Assembly (NCBI GenBank): GCA_030152565.1
Contig: JASLJE010000001.1
Location: forward strand, 1,926 to 65,925
Length of the DNA: 64,000 nucleotides
Direction of reading: 5' to 3'
Source: Peptoniphilaceae bacterium
Lineage (GTDB): Bacteria; Bacillota; Clostridia; Tissierellales; Peptoniphilaceae
The notes beneath the pieces were generated by a model that saw only the letters and a program-made list of their open reading frames with translations, made no database searches and had not been told where the DNA came from. Both the position numbers and the translations under genes were made by a program. Within the stretch, counting starts at the first letter, position 1, and each line of letters opens with the position of its first letter. This document shows, one piece after another, positions 8,989 through 18,671 of this stretch.

Positions 8989-11523
8989 ATGAAAGAAACA
9001 TTAAAATTAACCTTTAGATATATAAAAAGCAATAAGAGAAGGACCCTTTTAACCCTTCTAGGTATAATAATATCTGTTTCCATGATTACATCCATAGGAA
9101 ATATTATGGTAAGTGGCCTGGGTATGGCCAGGGAAAATGTGGAAAGATATGCTGGATCCCAGGAAGTAGTTTTATTGGATTTAGATGGGGACAAGGAAAA
9201 GATCCTTCAAGAGAACAAGGATATAAAATCCCTATCCAAGAGGGTCTATGAGGCCAGTATATATAGGGAAAACCCAGGACAAGAAGTTAAAAACTATAGC
9301 TATTATGATATTTATAAGGCAGATAAGTCCTACTTTGAAGATGTCTTTGGCTACAAGGTCATAGATGGCCGCCTACCTGAAAAAGAAGGGGAAATAATAG
9401 TTCCCATAGGGGCCAAGTATCTTTTTGAAGGCTTTGATAAACTAGATGCCAGTGTAAAGATAGACAGCGTTAAACTAGATAGGATAAATCAGGTAAATGC
9501 CAGACATGAGGCTGCCTTTTACCTAAACGATATAACAGATAAAAAACAAGTGGACTACACTATAGTAGGCTACTATGATGGAGACCTACAAAATACTTAT
9601 TTTGTAGGAGAAGAGGGGAGTGGAGACAAGGATTCCAAGGAAAGCTTTGGAATTATCTATGGCTATAAGGAAGAAATAGAAAGTCCCTTGGGCTTTGTAA
9701 AGTTTGCCAATACAAAAAATGTGGCAAAGAAGGTGGACAACCTGGTTTCCAGCCTGGGCTTAAAAGAAGAAGCCTATGAGCTAAACTCAGAACTTCTAGG
9801 CCTTTATGACTTTAACCTACAAAAAATGTACGGACCCTTTATCATGTTTATGGTTAACTTTTTACTAGCAATTATTATAGTTGCCATAGTCCTTTTTATC
9901 TACAATGTATTTACCACTAATTACAATGAAAGAATCCAAGACTATGGACTATTGAAGGTGGTTGGTACAACCAATAGCCAGTTAAGGTCCTTGATATTTT
10001 TCGAGTCCCTTTTCTATATTCTAGTATCAGTTCCCCTAGGCTATTTGGCAGGAAATATAGCCATGAAAATAGTCTTTGACATAACAGACAAGATCCTAAA
10101 GACCAGCCTGGATAACAGCTTGGTTTGGCTAGAACTAGTAATAGACAAGAGAGTCTTTCTAGCAGCCCTTATCATAAGCACCCTAGTTGTTTTCATATCC
10201 AGCTTTATGGCCTCAAGGTTTGTCCTAAGGACCAACCCGATAAATGCCCTTGCTGGTAATGTGGCCAAGGACTCTAGCAAGGTGAAGAAGAAAAAATATA
10301 GACTTATAAATAGATTCTTTGGCTATGAAGGATTTTTAGCCAGAAGAAATATTGACAGAAATAAGAAAAGATATATTATGGCTACTGTGTCTACTTCCAT
10401 GAGTATAATACTCTTTGTAACAGTTTCCTTCTTAACCAGCTTCTTAGACCATGACTATGTGGTTCAAAAGCAAAATGAAGAAAACTTTATGGGGACCATC
10501 GCAGTGTCCAGTAAGTCAGCTGATCAATTAATGGAAGACCTTGCTGACTTGGAAGGAATTGAAAAGACTAACTTTATAGGAAAATCCAATGGAAAACTTT
10601 CCCTAGACTCATCAGACCCTGAAAACTATTTGGAAGATGTGGCCTTGATAGTCCTAGGAGACGAGGACTTTGATAAAGACTTTGGAGCTAGAAAAGAAGG
10701 ACCAATAGAACTAATCTACAAGGACAATAAAGGGGAAAAGACCATAGAAGAAGGTGAACATAGTTTAGGACTTATGGACTATAGCTATGAAGAGGGAAAA
10801 ACAGAAGATGAATATAAGGAAATTCCCCACTACAAGGACTTTAAGGTAAGGATAAGTGAGAAAAAAGACATAGCCAGAGTTTATGAGTTGGAAGGAAGAG
10901 GAGTAGACTACTTCTTGATTAGAAAATCTGATTTTAAGAAGATGGCTGAAGATAAGGTTTTTGCAGACACCCATCTTTCTGACTACTATGGAAATATTAG
11001 CCTGGTTAGAAATGAAAAGTCTAGCGACAAGCTATCCTATGATATAAATGGACTAGTATCCAGCTATGACGACGCCTTTTTAAACTCTAGCTCCATGCCC
11101 ATGTTAAAGGTGGCCAAGATCTTTATCTATGGTTTTATCAGTCTGATAGCTATAATATCAGCTTTAAATATAATAAATTCAACCTATAATAATATTATGA
11201 CTAGGAGAAGGGAACTTGCCCTACTTAAGGCAGTTGGTATAGAAGAGAAAAAACTTAAGAAGTTAATCTCCATCGAATCCATGCTAAGTGCAGTAAATGC
11301 ATCCCTACTAGCTATTGTATTTTCTATCATCTTAACCTATTATCAATATAGGAAGGCAGTAGAAGAAGTTTGGTTTTATGAAAAGGCAGTTTACCTAGCG
11401 CCAGTTAAACAATTGGTTCTAGCCATACTAGTAGCCTTTATCCTGATTTATATATCATCTATGATCCCTTACAGCAAGATGAAAAAGGATAATATAACCA
11501 ACGTATTGAAGGAAGAAAACTAG
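8989..11523 (+). CDS. ABC transporter permease, duplicated FtsX/MacB-type (paralog A)
   Basis: 844 aa. By eye it has 8 hydrophobic segments arranged as 1 TM, a ~240-aa hydrophilic domain, 3 TM, a basic linker, 1 TM, a ~220-aa hydrophilic domain and 3 TM. FtsX-type loops are present (YGLLKVVGTTNSQL, LALLKAVGIEEKKL). Confidence 0.85.
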   Translation: MKETLKLTFRYIKSNKRRTLLTLLGIIISVSMITSIGNIMVSGLGMARENVERYAGSQEVVLLDLDGDKEKILQENKDIKSLSKRVYEASIYRENPGQEVKNYSYYDIYKADKSYFEDVFGYKVIDGRLPEKEGEIIVPIGAKYLFEGFDKLDASVKIDSVKLDRINQVNARHEAAFYLNDITDKKQVDYTIVGYYDGDLQNTYFVGEEGSGDKDSKESFGIIYGYKEEIESPLGFVKFANTKNVAKKVDNLVSSLGLKEEAYELNSELLGLYDFNLQKMYGPFIMFMVNFLLAIIIVAIVLFIYNVFTTNYNERIQDYGLLKVVGTTNSQLRSLIFFESLFYILVSVPLGYLAGNIAMKIVFDITDKILKTSLDNSLVWLELVIDKRVFLAALIISTLVVFISSFMASRFVLRTNPINALAGNVAKDSSKVKKKKYRLINRFFGYEGFLARRNIDRNKKRYIMATVSTSMSIILFVTVSFLTSFLDHDYVVQKQNEENFMGTIAVSSKSADQLMEDLADLEGIEKTNFIGKSNGKLSLDSSDPENYLEDVALIVLGDEDFDKDFGARKEGPIELIYKDNKGEKTIEEGEHSLGLMDYSYEEGKTEDEYKEIPHYKDFKVRISEKKDIARVYELEGRGVDYFLIRKSDFKKMAEDKVFADTHLSDYYGNISLVRNEKSSDKLSYDINGLVSSYDDAFLNSSSMPMLKVAKIFIYGFISLIAIISALNIINSTYNNIMTRRRELALLKAVGIEEKKLKKLISIESMLSAVNASLLAIVFSIILTYYQYRKAVEEVWFYEKAVYLAPVKQLVLAILVAFILIYISSMIPYSKMKKDNITNVLKEEN

Positions 11524-11550
11524 AAGAAAAGGCCCTGCCTTTTCTTTCTT
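11524..11550 (+). terminator. Terminator-like hairpin between the two permease paralogs
   Basis: AAGAAAAGG-CCCTG-CCTTTTCTT (9-bp stem) followed by TCTTTATAT. It starts directly after the paralog A stop and lies ~17 nt before the paralog B start. Confidence 0.45.
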
Positions 11551-11566
11551 TATATAAGGAAAAAAC

Positions 11567-14197
11567 ATGAAAGAAAGTTTAAGACTATCATTTAAATATA
11601 TAAAAAAGAATAAACTAAGGACTCTGGTAACTCTTTTTGGAATAATTATCTCCATATCCATGTTTACCTCCATAGGAAATATCCTAACCACCATTAAATA
11701 CATGGGCCAACAGGAGGTGGTAATGGGAGATGGAGACTATGATGCCTATATCTATGAATTAGACCAGGACAAGTACAGGATGCTTAAGTCTAATAAGGAC
11801 CTAAAGACCATAGGCCTTAATAAGTACAGGCATAGCATATTTGGAAAGAGGACAGAGACAGATGAGAAAATAACTCTAAACTATCTGGATATTTTAGGGG
11901 TAGATGAAAACTACCTAAAAGAGATTTTTCCCTTTGATTTAGTTGAGGGCAGGATGCCGGAAAATGAAGGGGAGATAATCATCCCCTACAAGTCCAAGTA
12001 TCTTATAGAAGGGCTAAACAAGCTGGACCAGGAAGAGGACTTTTACTTTAGGCGCTATAGGGAGTTTACAGAAACTGACCAGGGCAACTTCTATAGGGTG
12101 ACCAACCACTATAGGGATATAAATAGTATTAAGTGTCTAGAAACTGGCCAGGTTAACTATAGGGTAGTAGGCTACTTTAATGGGGACAATAGGGTGTCCC
12201 ACATAAACCTGGAAGACAAGAGCCAGGAGGAAAAGTACGCCCTAGGCTATAGCCTTTTAGGCCAGGAAGAGACCTTTAATGCTTATGTAAAGTTTTCCAA
12301 CTATAAGGATGTAAATAAAAAATTTACCAACCTGCAAAAGCAAATCTCTTCAACTGAGGGTAAATCAGGCCTTAATGACTACCTTTTAAGATTTAAGAAT
12401 GTAAATATAGACAGTATAAGAAGTGGTCAGACAGTCTTTGCCCTTCTAATAGTTAGCTTTTTAGTGGGGATCATCATCTTTGCCATAACAGTTTTTATCT
12501 ACAACATGCTAACGACCAACTACCTGGAAAGGACCAAGGACTATGGCCTTTTAAAGGTTATAGGGATAACCAACAAGCAACTAAAGCAGATTATTTATAT
12601 AGAGTCGATCTTCTATATTTTAATTACTGTGCCCCTGGGCTACCTGGCTGGAAATATAGCCATGAGAATAGTATTTTCCATTGTAAGAAAAATTCTTTCC
12701 AAGGGAAATGCCAATGTTCTTTTCTCTAATATTCAGTTTTACAGATCAGGCCTAGTCCTTCTAGTAGCCTTTATCTTAACAGCCATAGTAGTTCTTATAT
12801 CAACCAAATATGCCTCAGGCTTTATACTTAAGATGGATGCTATAGATGCTGTAAATGAAAACTTTTCCAGTCTTAGAAAGGCCAAGAAGAGGAAGAAGGC
12901 TAAGAGGTACTTTTTCACAGAAAAGTTCTATGGTTATGAGGCCTTTTTGGCCAAGAGAAATATAGATAGAAATAGAAGGCGCTTTCTCTATACCACCTTT
13001 TCTGTTTCCATGAGTATAATCCTCTTTGTCAGTGTGTCCTTTATAATGACCCTGGCAGAACCAGGCTATAGCAGTGGGGACAGCTATGACAAGGACTATC
13101 TTTCAGCCTTTTTCCTGGATGAAGACAATGTGGATGAGGTGGAAAAGGAAATAAAGAGAATAGAAGGAGTAGACATAGCTAAAAAATATAGTCGCTATGG
13201 GAAAAATATTTTTATAGCCAAGGACTTTAGTGACTTTGAAAATCTTACCCAGTCCATCATGGAAGAGGAAAACATATATGGCTTTGACAATGACTATATA
13301 AACCAAATGCTAGTCTATAATCAGGAAACCAGCAATAGTGTTTTACTTATTATGGATGACAAGGACTATATTAGGTATGTAAATAACCAGTTGGATGACC
13401 AGGTGGAAATAGCCAGGGTCCTTCCCAAGATTAAAAACCCAAAAAGATATGAGAGAACTCTTCTGTCCTTCTATGGACCTCAAATTATTGACCAAAATAA
13501 TCAACTGATGGAAGATAAGATAATTAAGGACCAGGTCATGGTCTATGAGACAGATATAAAACTACCTAGAAATATTACCACCAGGCACAATCTGACCTAT
13601 GACAAGGAAATATACTTGATGAAGGAATCAGACTATCAAAAACTAGCCCTTAGGGAAGACAATAGAAATTGGATTATAGAGGTTAAGGCCAATAAGAACT
13701 TTACCACCAAGACCAACTATGAGCTGGAAAGTATAGGCCAGTATATACCTAGGACCATGAAAGAGGAAAATGTCAGATCTATAGCCACAGTGGCCAAGAT
13801 CTTTATCTATGGTTTTATAAGTCTTATAGCTATCATATCAGCCCTTAATATTGTAAATACCAGCTACAATAATATTATGATAAGAAAAAAAGAGCTGGCC
13901 CTAATTATGGCTGTAGGTATTAGTGAGAGAAGGCTGAAGAAGATGGTTAGGTTTGAATCAGTCTACAGCTGGATCTATGCCACCATCTGGGCCATTGGCC
14001 TATCTCTTATGGTAACCTATGTCCAGTACAGACAGGTCTATGATATATCAGTCTTTATGAGTAGCCCTTATATGGCTCCCATTAAGCAGCTTATAGGAGC
14101 CATTGTCATAACCTATATATTGATTTATATATCCTCTATGATTCCTCTAAAGAGGATGTTAAGGGAAAATATAATAGATGAATTAAAAATGTATTAG
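11567..14197 (+). CDS. ABC transporter permease, duplicated FtsX/MacB-type (paralog B)
   Basis: 876 aa with the same architecture as paralog A. The N terminus (MKESLRLSFKYIKKNKLRTLVTLFGIIISISMFTSIGN) and TM6 (VAKIFIYGFISLIAIISALNI) are nearly identical to paralog A. The hydrophilic domains have diverged. Confidence 0.85.
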   Translation: MKESLRLSFKYIKKNKLRTLVTLFGIIISISMFTSIGNILTTIKYMGQQEVVMGDGDYDAYIYELDQDKYRMLKSNKDLKTIGLNKYRHSIFGKRTETDEKITLNYLDILGVDENYLKEIFPFDLVEGRMPENEGEIIIPYKSKYLIEGLNKLDQEEDFYFRRYREFTETDQGNFYRVTNHYRDINSIKCLETGQVNYRVVGYFNGDNRVSHINLEDKSQEEKYALGYSLLGQEETFNAYVKFSNYKDVNKKFTNLQKQISSTEGKSGLNDYLLRFKNVNIDSIRSGQTVFALLIVSFLVGIIIFAITVFIYNMLTTNYLERTKDYGLLKVIGITNKQLKQIIYIESIFYILITVPLGYLAGNIAMRIVFSIVRKILSKGNANVLFSNIQFYRSGLVLLVAFILTAIVVLISTKYASGFILKMDAIDAVNENFSSLRKAKKRKKAKRYFFTEKFYGYEAFLAKRNIDRNRRRFLYTTFSVSMSIILFVSVSFIMTLAEPGYSSGDSYDKDYLSAFFLDEDNVDEVEKEIKRIEGVDIAKKYSRYGKNIFIAKDFSDFENLTQSIMEEENIYGFDNDYINQMLVYNQETSNSVLLIMDDKDYIRYVNNQLDDQVEIARVLPKIKNPKRYERTLLSFYGPQIIDQNNQLMEDKIIKDQVMVYETDIKLPRNITTRHNLTYDKEIYLMKESDYQKLALREDNRNWIIEVKANKNFTTKTNYELESIGQYIPRTMKEENVRSIATVAKIFIYGFISLIAIISALNIVNTSYNNIMIRKKELALIMAVGISERRLKKMVRFESVYSWIYATIWAIGLSLMVTYVQYRQVYDISVFMSSPYMAPIKQLIGAIVITYILIYISSMIPLKRMLRENIIDELKMY

Positions 14198-14216
14198 AAA
14201 AATGCTAGACAAGAAA

Positions 14217-14247
14217 AGGATTAACCCTAGGGTTAATCCTCTTTTTA
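14217..14247. terminator. Bidirectional intrinsic terminator between convergent genes
   Basis: AGGATTAACCC-TA-GGGTTAATCCT palindrome with an A-rich 5' flank and a T-rich 3' flank. Confidence 0.8.
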
Positions 14248-14259
14248 TCTTCTATTTTA

Positions 14260-15363
14260 TTAAAAGTCCAGGGCCTCTCTTTGGGCGCTGACTGATAGGA
14301 CCAGGCCTACCGATATAAAGTTCATGATTTGGGCGGTTCCCCCATTACTGAAAAATGGAAGGGGGATACCGGTCATAGGCATAATACCCAGGGTCATACC
14401 AATGTTTTCAAAGATATGAATAAAGAAGAGGGCTGTTATTCCTATGGTTAAAAGCCGTTCAAAGGCCGTCTGGGACCTTTGGGCTATCTTTATCATCCTA
14501 AAGAGCATGATAAAGTAGAGCATAAGGACCAGGCCAGAGCCTAGAAAGCCAAACTCTTCTGCCAAAACTGGGAAGATAGAGTCTGTATGCTGTTCTGGTA
14601 TAAAGCCATTTTGGGATTGGGGACCTTCCTTGTAGCCCCTTCCCTTAAGCTGGCCAGACCCAATTGCTATAAGTCCTTGGTGGACCTGTAGGCCTGAGTC
14701 AGACACATCTCTTTCCTTGTCTCCAAAGTTTAAAATCCTATTTTTTTGATAGGGATCCATTCCCTCCCAAATTATAGGTAGGGAAAGAAGGACTATCAAG
14801 AAGGCCAGGCCTATATACTTCCAGTCTATGCCGGCTATAAAATACATAACCCCTATGAAAAACACATAGACCATGGCCGTACCAAAGTCTGGTTGTAAAA
14901 GGATTAGAAAGACTGGAAGAAAACTTACTACTAGGGACTTAATCAAGACCCAGGGCTTGTTTAAGTCGTCCTTTATTTCATCCAAATAGGCTGCTAGAAA
15001 AACTATAAGCCCAATCTTTACAAATTCTGCTGGCTGAAGGGTAATTGGTCCAAATTGAACCCAGGAGTTGGCCCCCCATTCTTCCATGCCAAAGCCAAAG
15101 AAGGTGGTAGCCAAAAGTAGGCCCAGGGTTACCAGATAAATCAGCCACTTGATTCTCTTGAAAAAGTCCAGGTCCATAACCAATAAAATGGCCACAAAAA
15201 TTGTGCCCAAGGCCGTGGATATAAACTGACTTTTCATACTAAAATATCCCATATAGTTAATGGCAGAATTCAAGACTAAAAGTCCAAAACCCACCAAGAT
15301 AAGAACTGAAAACAAGAGTAGCTTGTCCAGCTTACTAAAATCTTTTTTACTTAAATTAAACAT
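14260..15363 (-). CDS. SEDS-family peptidoglycan glycosyltransferase (FtsW/RodA/SpoVE)
   Basis: 367 aa and polytopic. Conserved SEDS motifs are present (QPAEFVK, LQPDFGT, PEQHTDSIF, GIPLPFFSNGGT). Confidence 0.88.
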   Translation of the reverse strand: MFNLSKKDFSKLDKLLLFSVLILVGFGLLVLNSAINYMGYFSMKSQFISTALGTIFVAILLVMDLDFFKRIKWLIYLVTLGLLLATTFFGFGMEEWGANSWVQFGPITLQPAEFVKIGLIVFLAAYLDEIKDDLNKPWVLIKSLVVSFLPVFLILLQPDFGTAMVYVFFIGVMYFIAGIDWKYIGLAFLIVLLSLPIIWEGMDPYQKNRILNFGDKERDVSDSGLQVHQGLIAIGSGQLKGRGYKEGPQSQNGFIPEQHTDSIFPVLAEEFGFLGSGLVLMLYFIMLFRMIKIAQRSQTAFERLLTIGITALFFIHIFENIGMTLGIMPMTGIPLPFFSNGGTAQIMNFISVGLVLSVSAQREALDF

Positions 15364-15445
15364 ATTATCACCTAAACTAATTTTTCCTTATGATATAATA
15401 TTATAGACTATATATAAGTATATTAAAAGTTATGGAAGGAAGAAA

Positions 15446-16135
15446 ATGGACAAGTTTCAAGAAAAATATTATTTAACTAAAAAAGAAAAACAAGAGGCAG
15501 TGGATATAATCTTAGCTACTTTTCCAGATGCCAAGGCAGAATTAAATCACGAAAACCCCTTTGAGCTTTTGATAGCTACAATCCTGTCAGCCCAGTGTAC
15601 TGACGTTAGGGTGAATATGATCACTGAAGACTTATTTAAGAAATACAAGAGTCCTAGAGACTATATGGACATAGATGAGAAGGAACTCCAAGAAGACATT
15701 AGGCAGTGTGGGCTTTTTAAAAGCAAGGCAAAAAATATTAGGCTGGCCTGCCAGATGATAGAAAAAGATTATGGAGGACAGGTTCCCGAGACCATAGAGG
15801 AACTTATGACCCTGCCTGGAGTGGGGAGAAAAACCGCCAATGTGGTTGCCTCCAATGCCTTTGGAATCCCGGCTATAGCTGTAGATACCCATGTCTTTAG
15901 GGTGGCCAACAGGATAGGGCTTGCCAAGGCCAAGGATGTTTTGGAAACAGAAAAGCAGTTGGAAAGGGCCATAGATAGGGACAAGTGGACCAAGGCCCAT
16001 CATGCCATCATCTTTCAAGGAAGAAGAATATGTTCAGCCAGAAGTCCCAAGTGTGAAGGCTGTCCAGTAAACCACATCTGTGTGGAATACGGAAAGATTA
16101 GGAGAAGGGAGCTTAGGAAAAATGCAAAAAGTTAG
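15446..16135 (+). CDS. nth: Endonuclease III
   Basis: HhH-GPD motif (LPGVGRKTANVV), catalytic VDTHV, and a C-terminal 4Fe-4S cluster motif C-x6-C-x2-C-x5-C (CSARSPKCEGCPVNHIC). Confidence 0.93.
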   Translation: MDKFQEKYYLTKKEKQEAVDIILATFPDAKAELNHENPFELLIATILSAQCTDVRVNMITEDLFKKYKSPRDYMDIDEKELQEDIRQCGLFKSKAKNIRLACQMIEKDYGGQVPETIEELMTLPGVGRKTANVVASNAFGIPAIAVDTHVFRVANRIGLAKAKDVLETEKQLERAIDRDKWTKAHHAIIFQGRRICSARSPKCEGCPVNHICVEYGKIRRRELRKNAKS

Positions 16136-17345
16136 TATAGTAGGGGGCGGGGCATCGGGAATTTTCCTGGCCCTGCTCTTATCAAGAGAAGACTTTGAGG
16201 TAAGGGTTTTTGAAAAGGACGACAGGCCCTTGAAAAAGCTAATGGCTACAGGTAATGGTAGGTGTAACTTTACCAATCAAAACCTGAGCCTGGATTTTTA
16301 TAGGGGAGAGGACAAGAAGCTCCTAGCCCAAGTTTTAAAAGACTTTGACAATGAGGATGCTAGAAGATTTTTCAGGGACCTGGGAATGCTTGATACCAGC
16401 CTGGAAAGTGGCAGGGTCTATCCCTATACTATGGCAGGTATAACTGTCAATAACCTCCTATTAAATAATTTAGGTTCCCAGGTGGAGCTTCTTAGTGAAA
16501 GAGAGATTGTAGCCATAGAAAAGACCAAGAAGGGCTATAGTTTAAAAGATAACTTAGGCCAAGTCCATTCTAGTGATATAGTGGTTCTTGCTACAGGAGG
16601 CCTAAGGACCATTAGGAAAAACGACTATTCCAAGGGTCATGATTTGGCCAAAAGTCTAGGCCATAAGAAGACTGAGCTTTTTCCTGGCATAGTTCAACTA
16701 AGACTAGAGGAGGCTGAAGAGGCCAAGAGGATGAAAAACCTTAAGTTTAATTCCAAGGTTAGTCTTTATGCAGGTGGAAAGCTTATAGAGGCCTATGAGG
16801 GAGACACTCTTTTTGCTGACTATGGCCTATCAGGCCTAGCCATCCTTCAACTATCCAATGAAGTCCTTTATAGGTTGAAAAAAGAAGAGGTTATCTTGAG
16901 TTTAGACCTTCTTCCCCAGCTGGAAGAAGAGGATTTAAGAGTCTTTTTAGAAGAGAAAAGACAGACAGACCTGACCCTTTTAGCCAGCCTAGAAGGCCTG
17001 GTTCAGGAAAAAATAGCCATAGAAGTGGTAAAAAGAGCAGCTATAAATCCCTTTATTAGGGCTAGAAGCTTAAGAGATGAAGAAATTAAGAACTTGGCCA
17101 GGACCCTAAAGGCCTTTAATTTTAAGCCTCTAGGACCCAAGTCTAAGGACGATGGTCAAATAACTTGTGGAGGTCTTATCCTAGACCAGTTAACTGGCAA
17201 TTTAGAATCAAAAATCCATAAGAATCTTTACTTTACAGGAGAGATCCTTGATGTGCAAGGAGATAGCGGAGGCTATAATCTCCAATGGGCCTGGTCATCA
17301 GCCCATAGGGTTTATAAGGCTTTAACAGGAGGAAAACATGTTTAA
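16122..17345 (+). CDS. FAD-dependent oxidoreductase, HI0933/BaiN family
   Basis: Starts MQKVSIVGGGASGIF (dinucleotide fold). GNGRCNFTN and the C-terminal GGYNLQWAWSS signatures are present. The listed ORF start at 16080 lies inside nth, and ATG 16122 fits the family N terminus. Confidence 0.8.
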   Translation: MQKVSIVGGGASGIFLALLLSREDFEVRVFEKDDRPLKKLMATGNGRCNFTNQNLSLDFYRGEDKKLLAQVLKDFDNEDARRFFRDLGMLDTSLESGRVYPYTMAGITVNNLLLNNLGSQVELLSEREIVAIEKTKKGYSLKDNLGQVHSSDIVVLATGGLRTIRKNDYSKGHDLAKSLGHKKTELFPGIVQLRLEEAEEAKRMKNLKFNSKVSLYAGGKLIEAYEGDTLFADYGLSGLAILQLSNEVLYRLKKEEVILSLDLLPQLEEEDLRVFLEEKRQTDLTLLASLEGLVQEKIAIEVVKRAAINPFIRARSLRDEEIKNLARTLKAFNFKPLGPKSKDDGQITCGGLILDQLTGNLESKIHKNLYFTGEILDVQGDSGGYNLQWAWSSAHRVYKALTGGKHV

Positions 17346-18630
17346 AATAGGAAAAAAGCTTGCCCAGCTAACCAGCCAGGGCAAGAGATTGGAAGTTGCA
17401 ATTTATGGGGCAGGTAAGATGGGAAACGGCCTTATTAACCAGCTTTCAAGAATAGATGGCATCAGGCCTTCTGTAGTAGTTAATAGGACTCCGGCCAAGG
17501 CTAGAAAGGCCCTTTTAAAGGCTGGGGTCTTAGAGGAGAAAATCCTTGAGACAGATGACTTAAAAAGAGCCCAGGCCTGGCTAGACCAGGGGGGCTTTGT
17601 CATAGGAAGAAAAAAAGAGTTGGGCTATGGCCTGGCTGGAATTGAAGCCATAGTAGATGCTACAGGAGACCCAGAATATGGGGCCTTAATAGCCTATGGA
17701 GCCATAGAAAACAAGAAGCATATAATCATGTTAAATGTGGAGTGTGACTCAGTAGTAGGGCCAATTCTTTATCAAATGGCCAAGGAGGCCAACTTGGTCT
17801 ATACAGGAACCAAGGGAGACGAGCCGGGAGCCATAATAGAACTGGCTGAATTTGCCCAGGCTACAGGCTTTGACCTACTGGCTGTAGGCAAGGGAAAAAA
17901 CAATAAGCTGGACCGTTATGCTACAGAGGATAGCCTGGCTGAAGAGGCAGGAAAAAAAGGATTAAATCCTAGAATGTTAACCTCCTTTGTAGATGGAACC
18001 AATACCATGATAGAGCTTACTTCAGTGGCCAATGCCCTAGGCTTTCTACCAGATGTGGACGGCTGCCACGGTATAGAAACAAATCCTAAGAGGGCTGCCA
18101 AGGACTTTAGCCTTAAAAGCCAGGGGGGAGTCTTGGACAACTATGGAGTGGTAGACTATGCCTTTGGCATGGCTCCAGGAGTTTTTGCCCTAGTGACTAC
18201 AGACCAAAAAGAGGTGGTAGACCTTATGAACTACCTATCTATGGGAGAGGGACCAAATTACATAATTTACAGGCCCTACCATTTGACCAGCCTGGAGACG
18301 CCTATAACCATCTACCAGGCCCTGGTGGAAAGAGAAGCCTCTATAGCTCCCTATAAGGGCCAGGTGGCAGATACCATCTCCTATGCGAAAAGAGACCTAA
18401 AGAAGGGAGACCTTTTGGAAGGCATAGGATCAAAAGATCTTTATGGCCTTATAACCAGCCATGAAAAGCAGAAGAAAAACAACTACCTACCCATAGGACT
18501 GGTAGGTAAAAACACCTATTTAAAAGTAGATGTTAAAAAAGACCAGCCCTTGACCTATGACATGGTAGAACTAGATGAAGGGGCAATTTTAACCAGGCTT
18601 AGAAGGCGCCAGGAAGAAATGGGCCTTTAG
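17338..18630 (+). CDS. NAD(P)-binding oxidoreductase with C-terminal SAF-like domain (homoserine-dehydrogenase-like, COG4091-type)
   Basis: N-terminal Rossmann motif VAIYGAGKMGNG. Overall resemblance to predicted homoserine-dehydrogenase/SAF proteins. The start overlaps the preceding gene by 8 nt. Confidence 0.55.
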   Translation: MFKIGKKLAQLTSQGKRLEVAIYGAGKMGNGLINQLSRIDGIRPSVVVNRTPAKARKALLKAGVLEEKILETDDLKRAQAWLDQGGFVIGRKKELGYGLAGIEAIVDATGDPEYGALIAYGAIENKKHIIMLNVECDSVVGPILYQMAKEANLVYTGTKGDEPGAIIELAEFAQATGFDLLAVGKGKNNKLDRYATEDSLAEEAGKKGLNPRMLTSFVDGTNTMIELTSVANALGFLPDVDGCHGIETNPKRAAKDFSLKSQGGVLDNYGVVDYAFGMAPGVFALVTTDQKEVVDLMNYLSMGEGPNYIIYRPYHLTSLETPITIYQALVEREASIAPYKGQVADTISYAKRDLKKGDLLEGIGSKDLYGLITSHEKQKKNNYLPIGLVGKNTYLKVDVKKDQPLTYDMVELDEGAILTRLRRRQEEMGL

Positions 18631-18631
18631 A

Positions 18632-18660
18632 TTGACAAAGGCCAACTTATTAGATATATT
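18632..18660 (+). promoter_or_regulatory. Sigma-A type promoter of the ileS leader
   Basis: TTGACA, 17-nt spacer, TATATT, located just upstream of the T-box leader. Confidence 0.65.
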
Positions 18661-18671
18661 TATTATATTAA

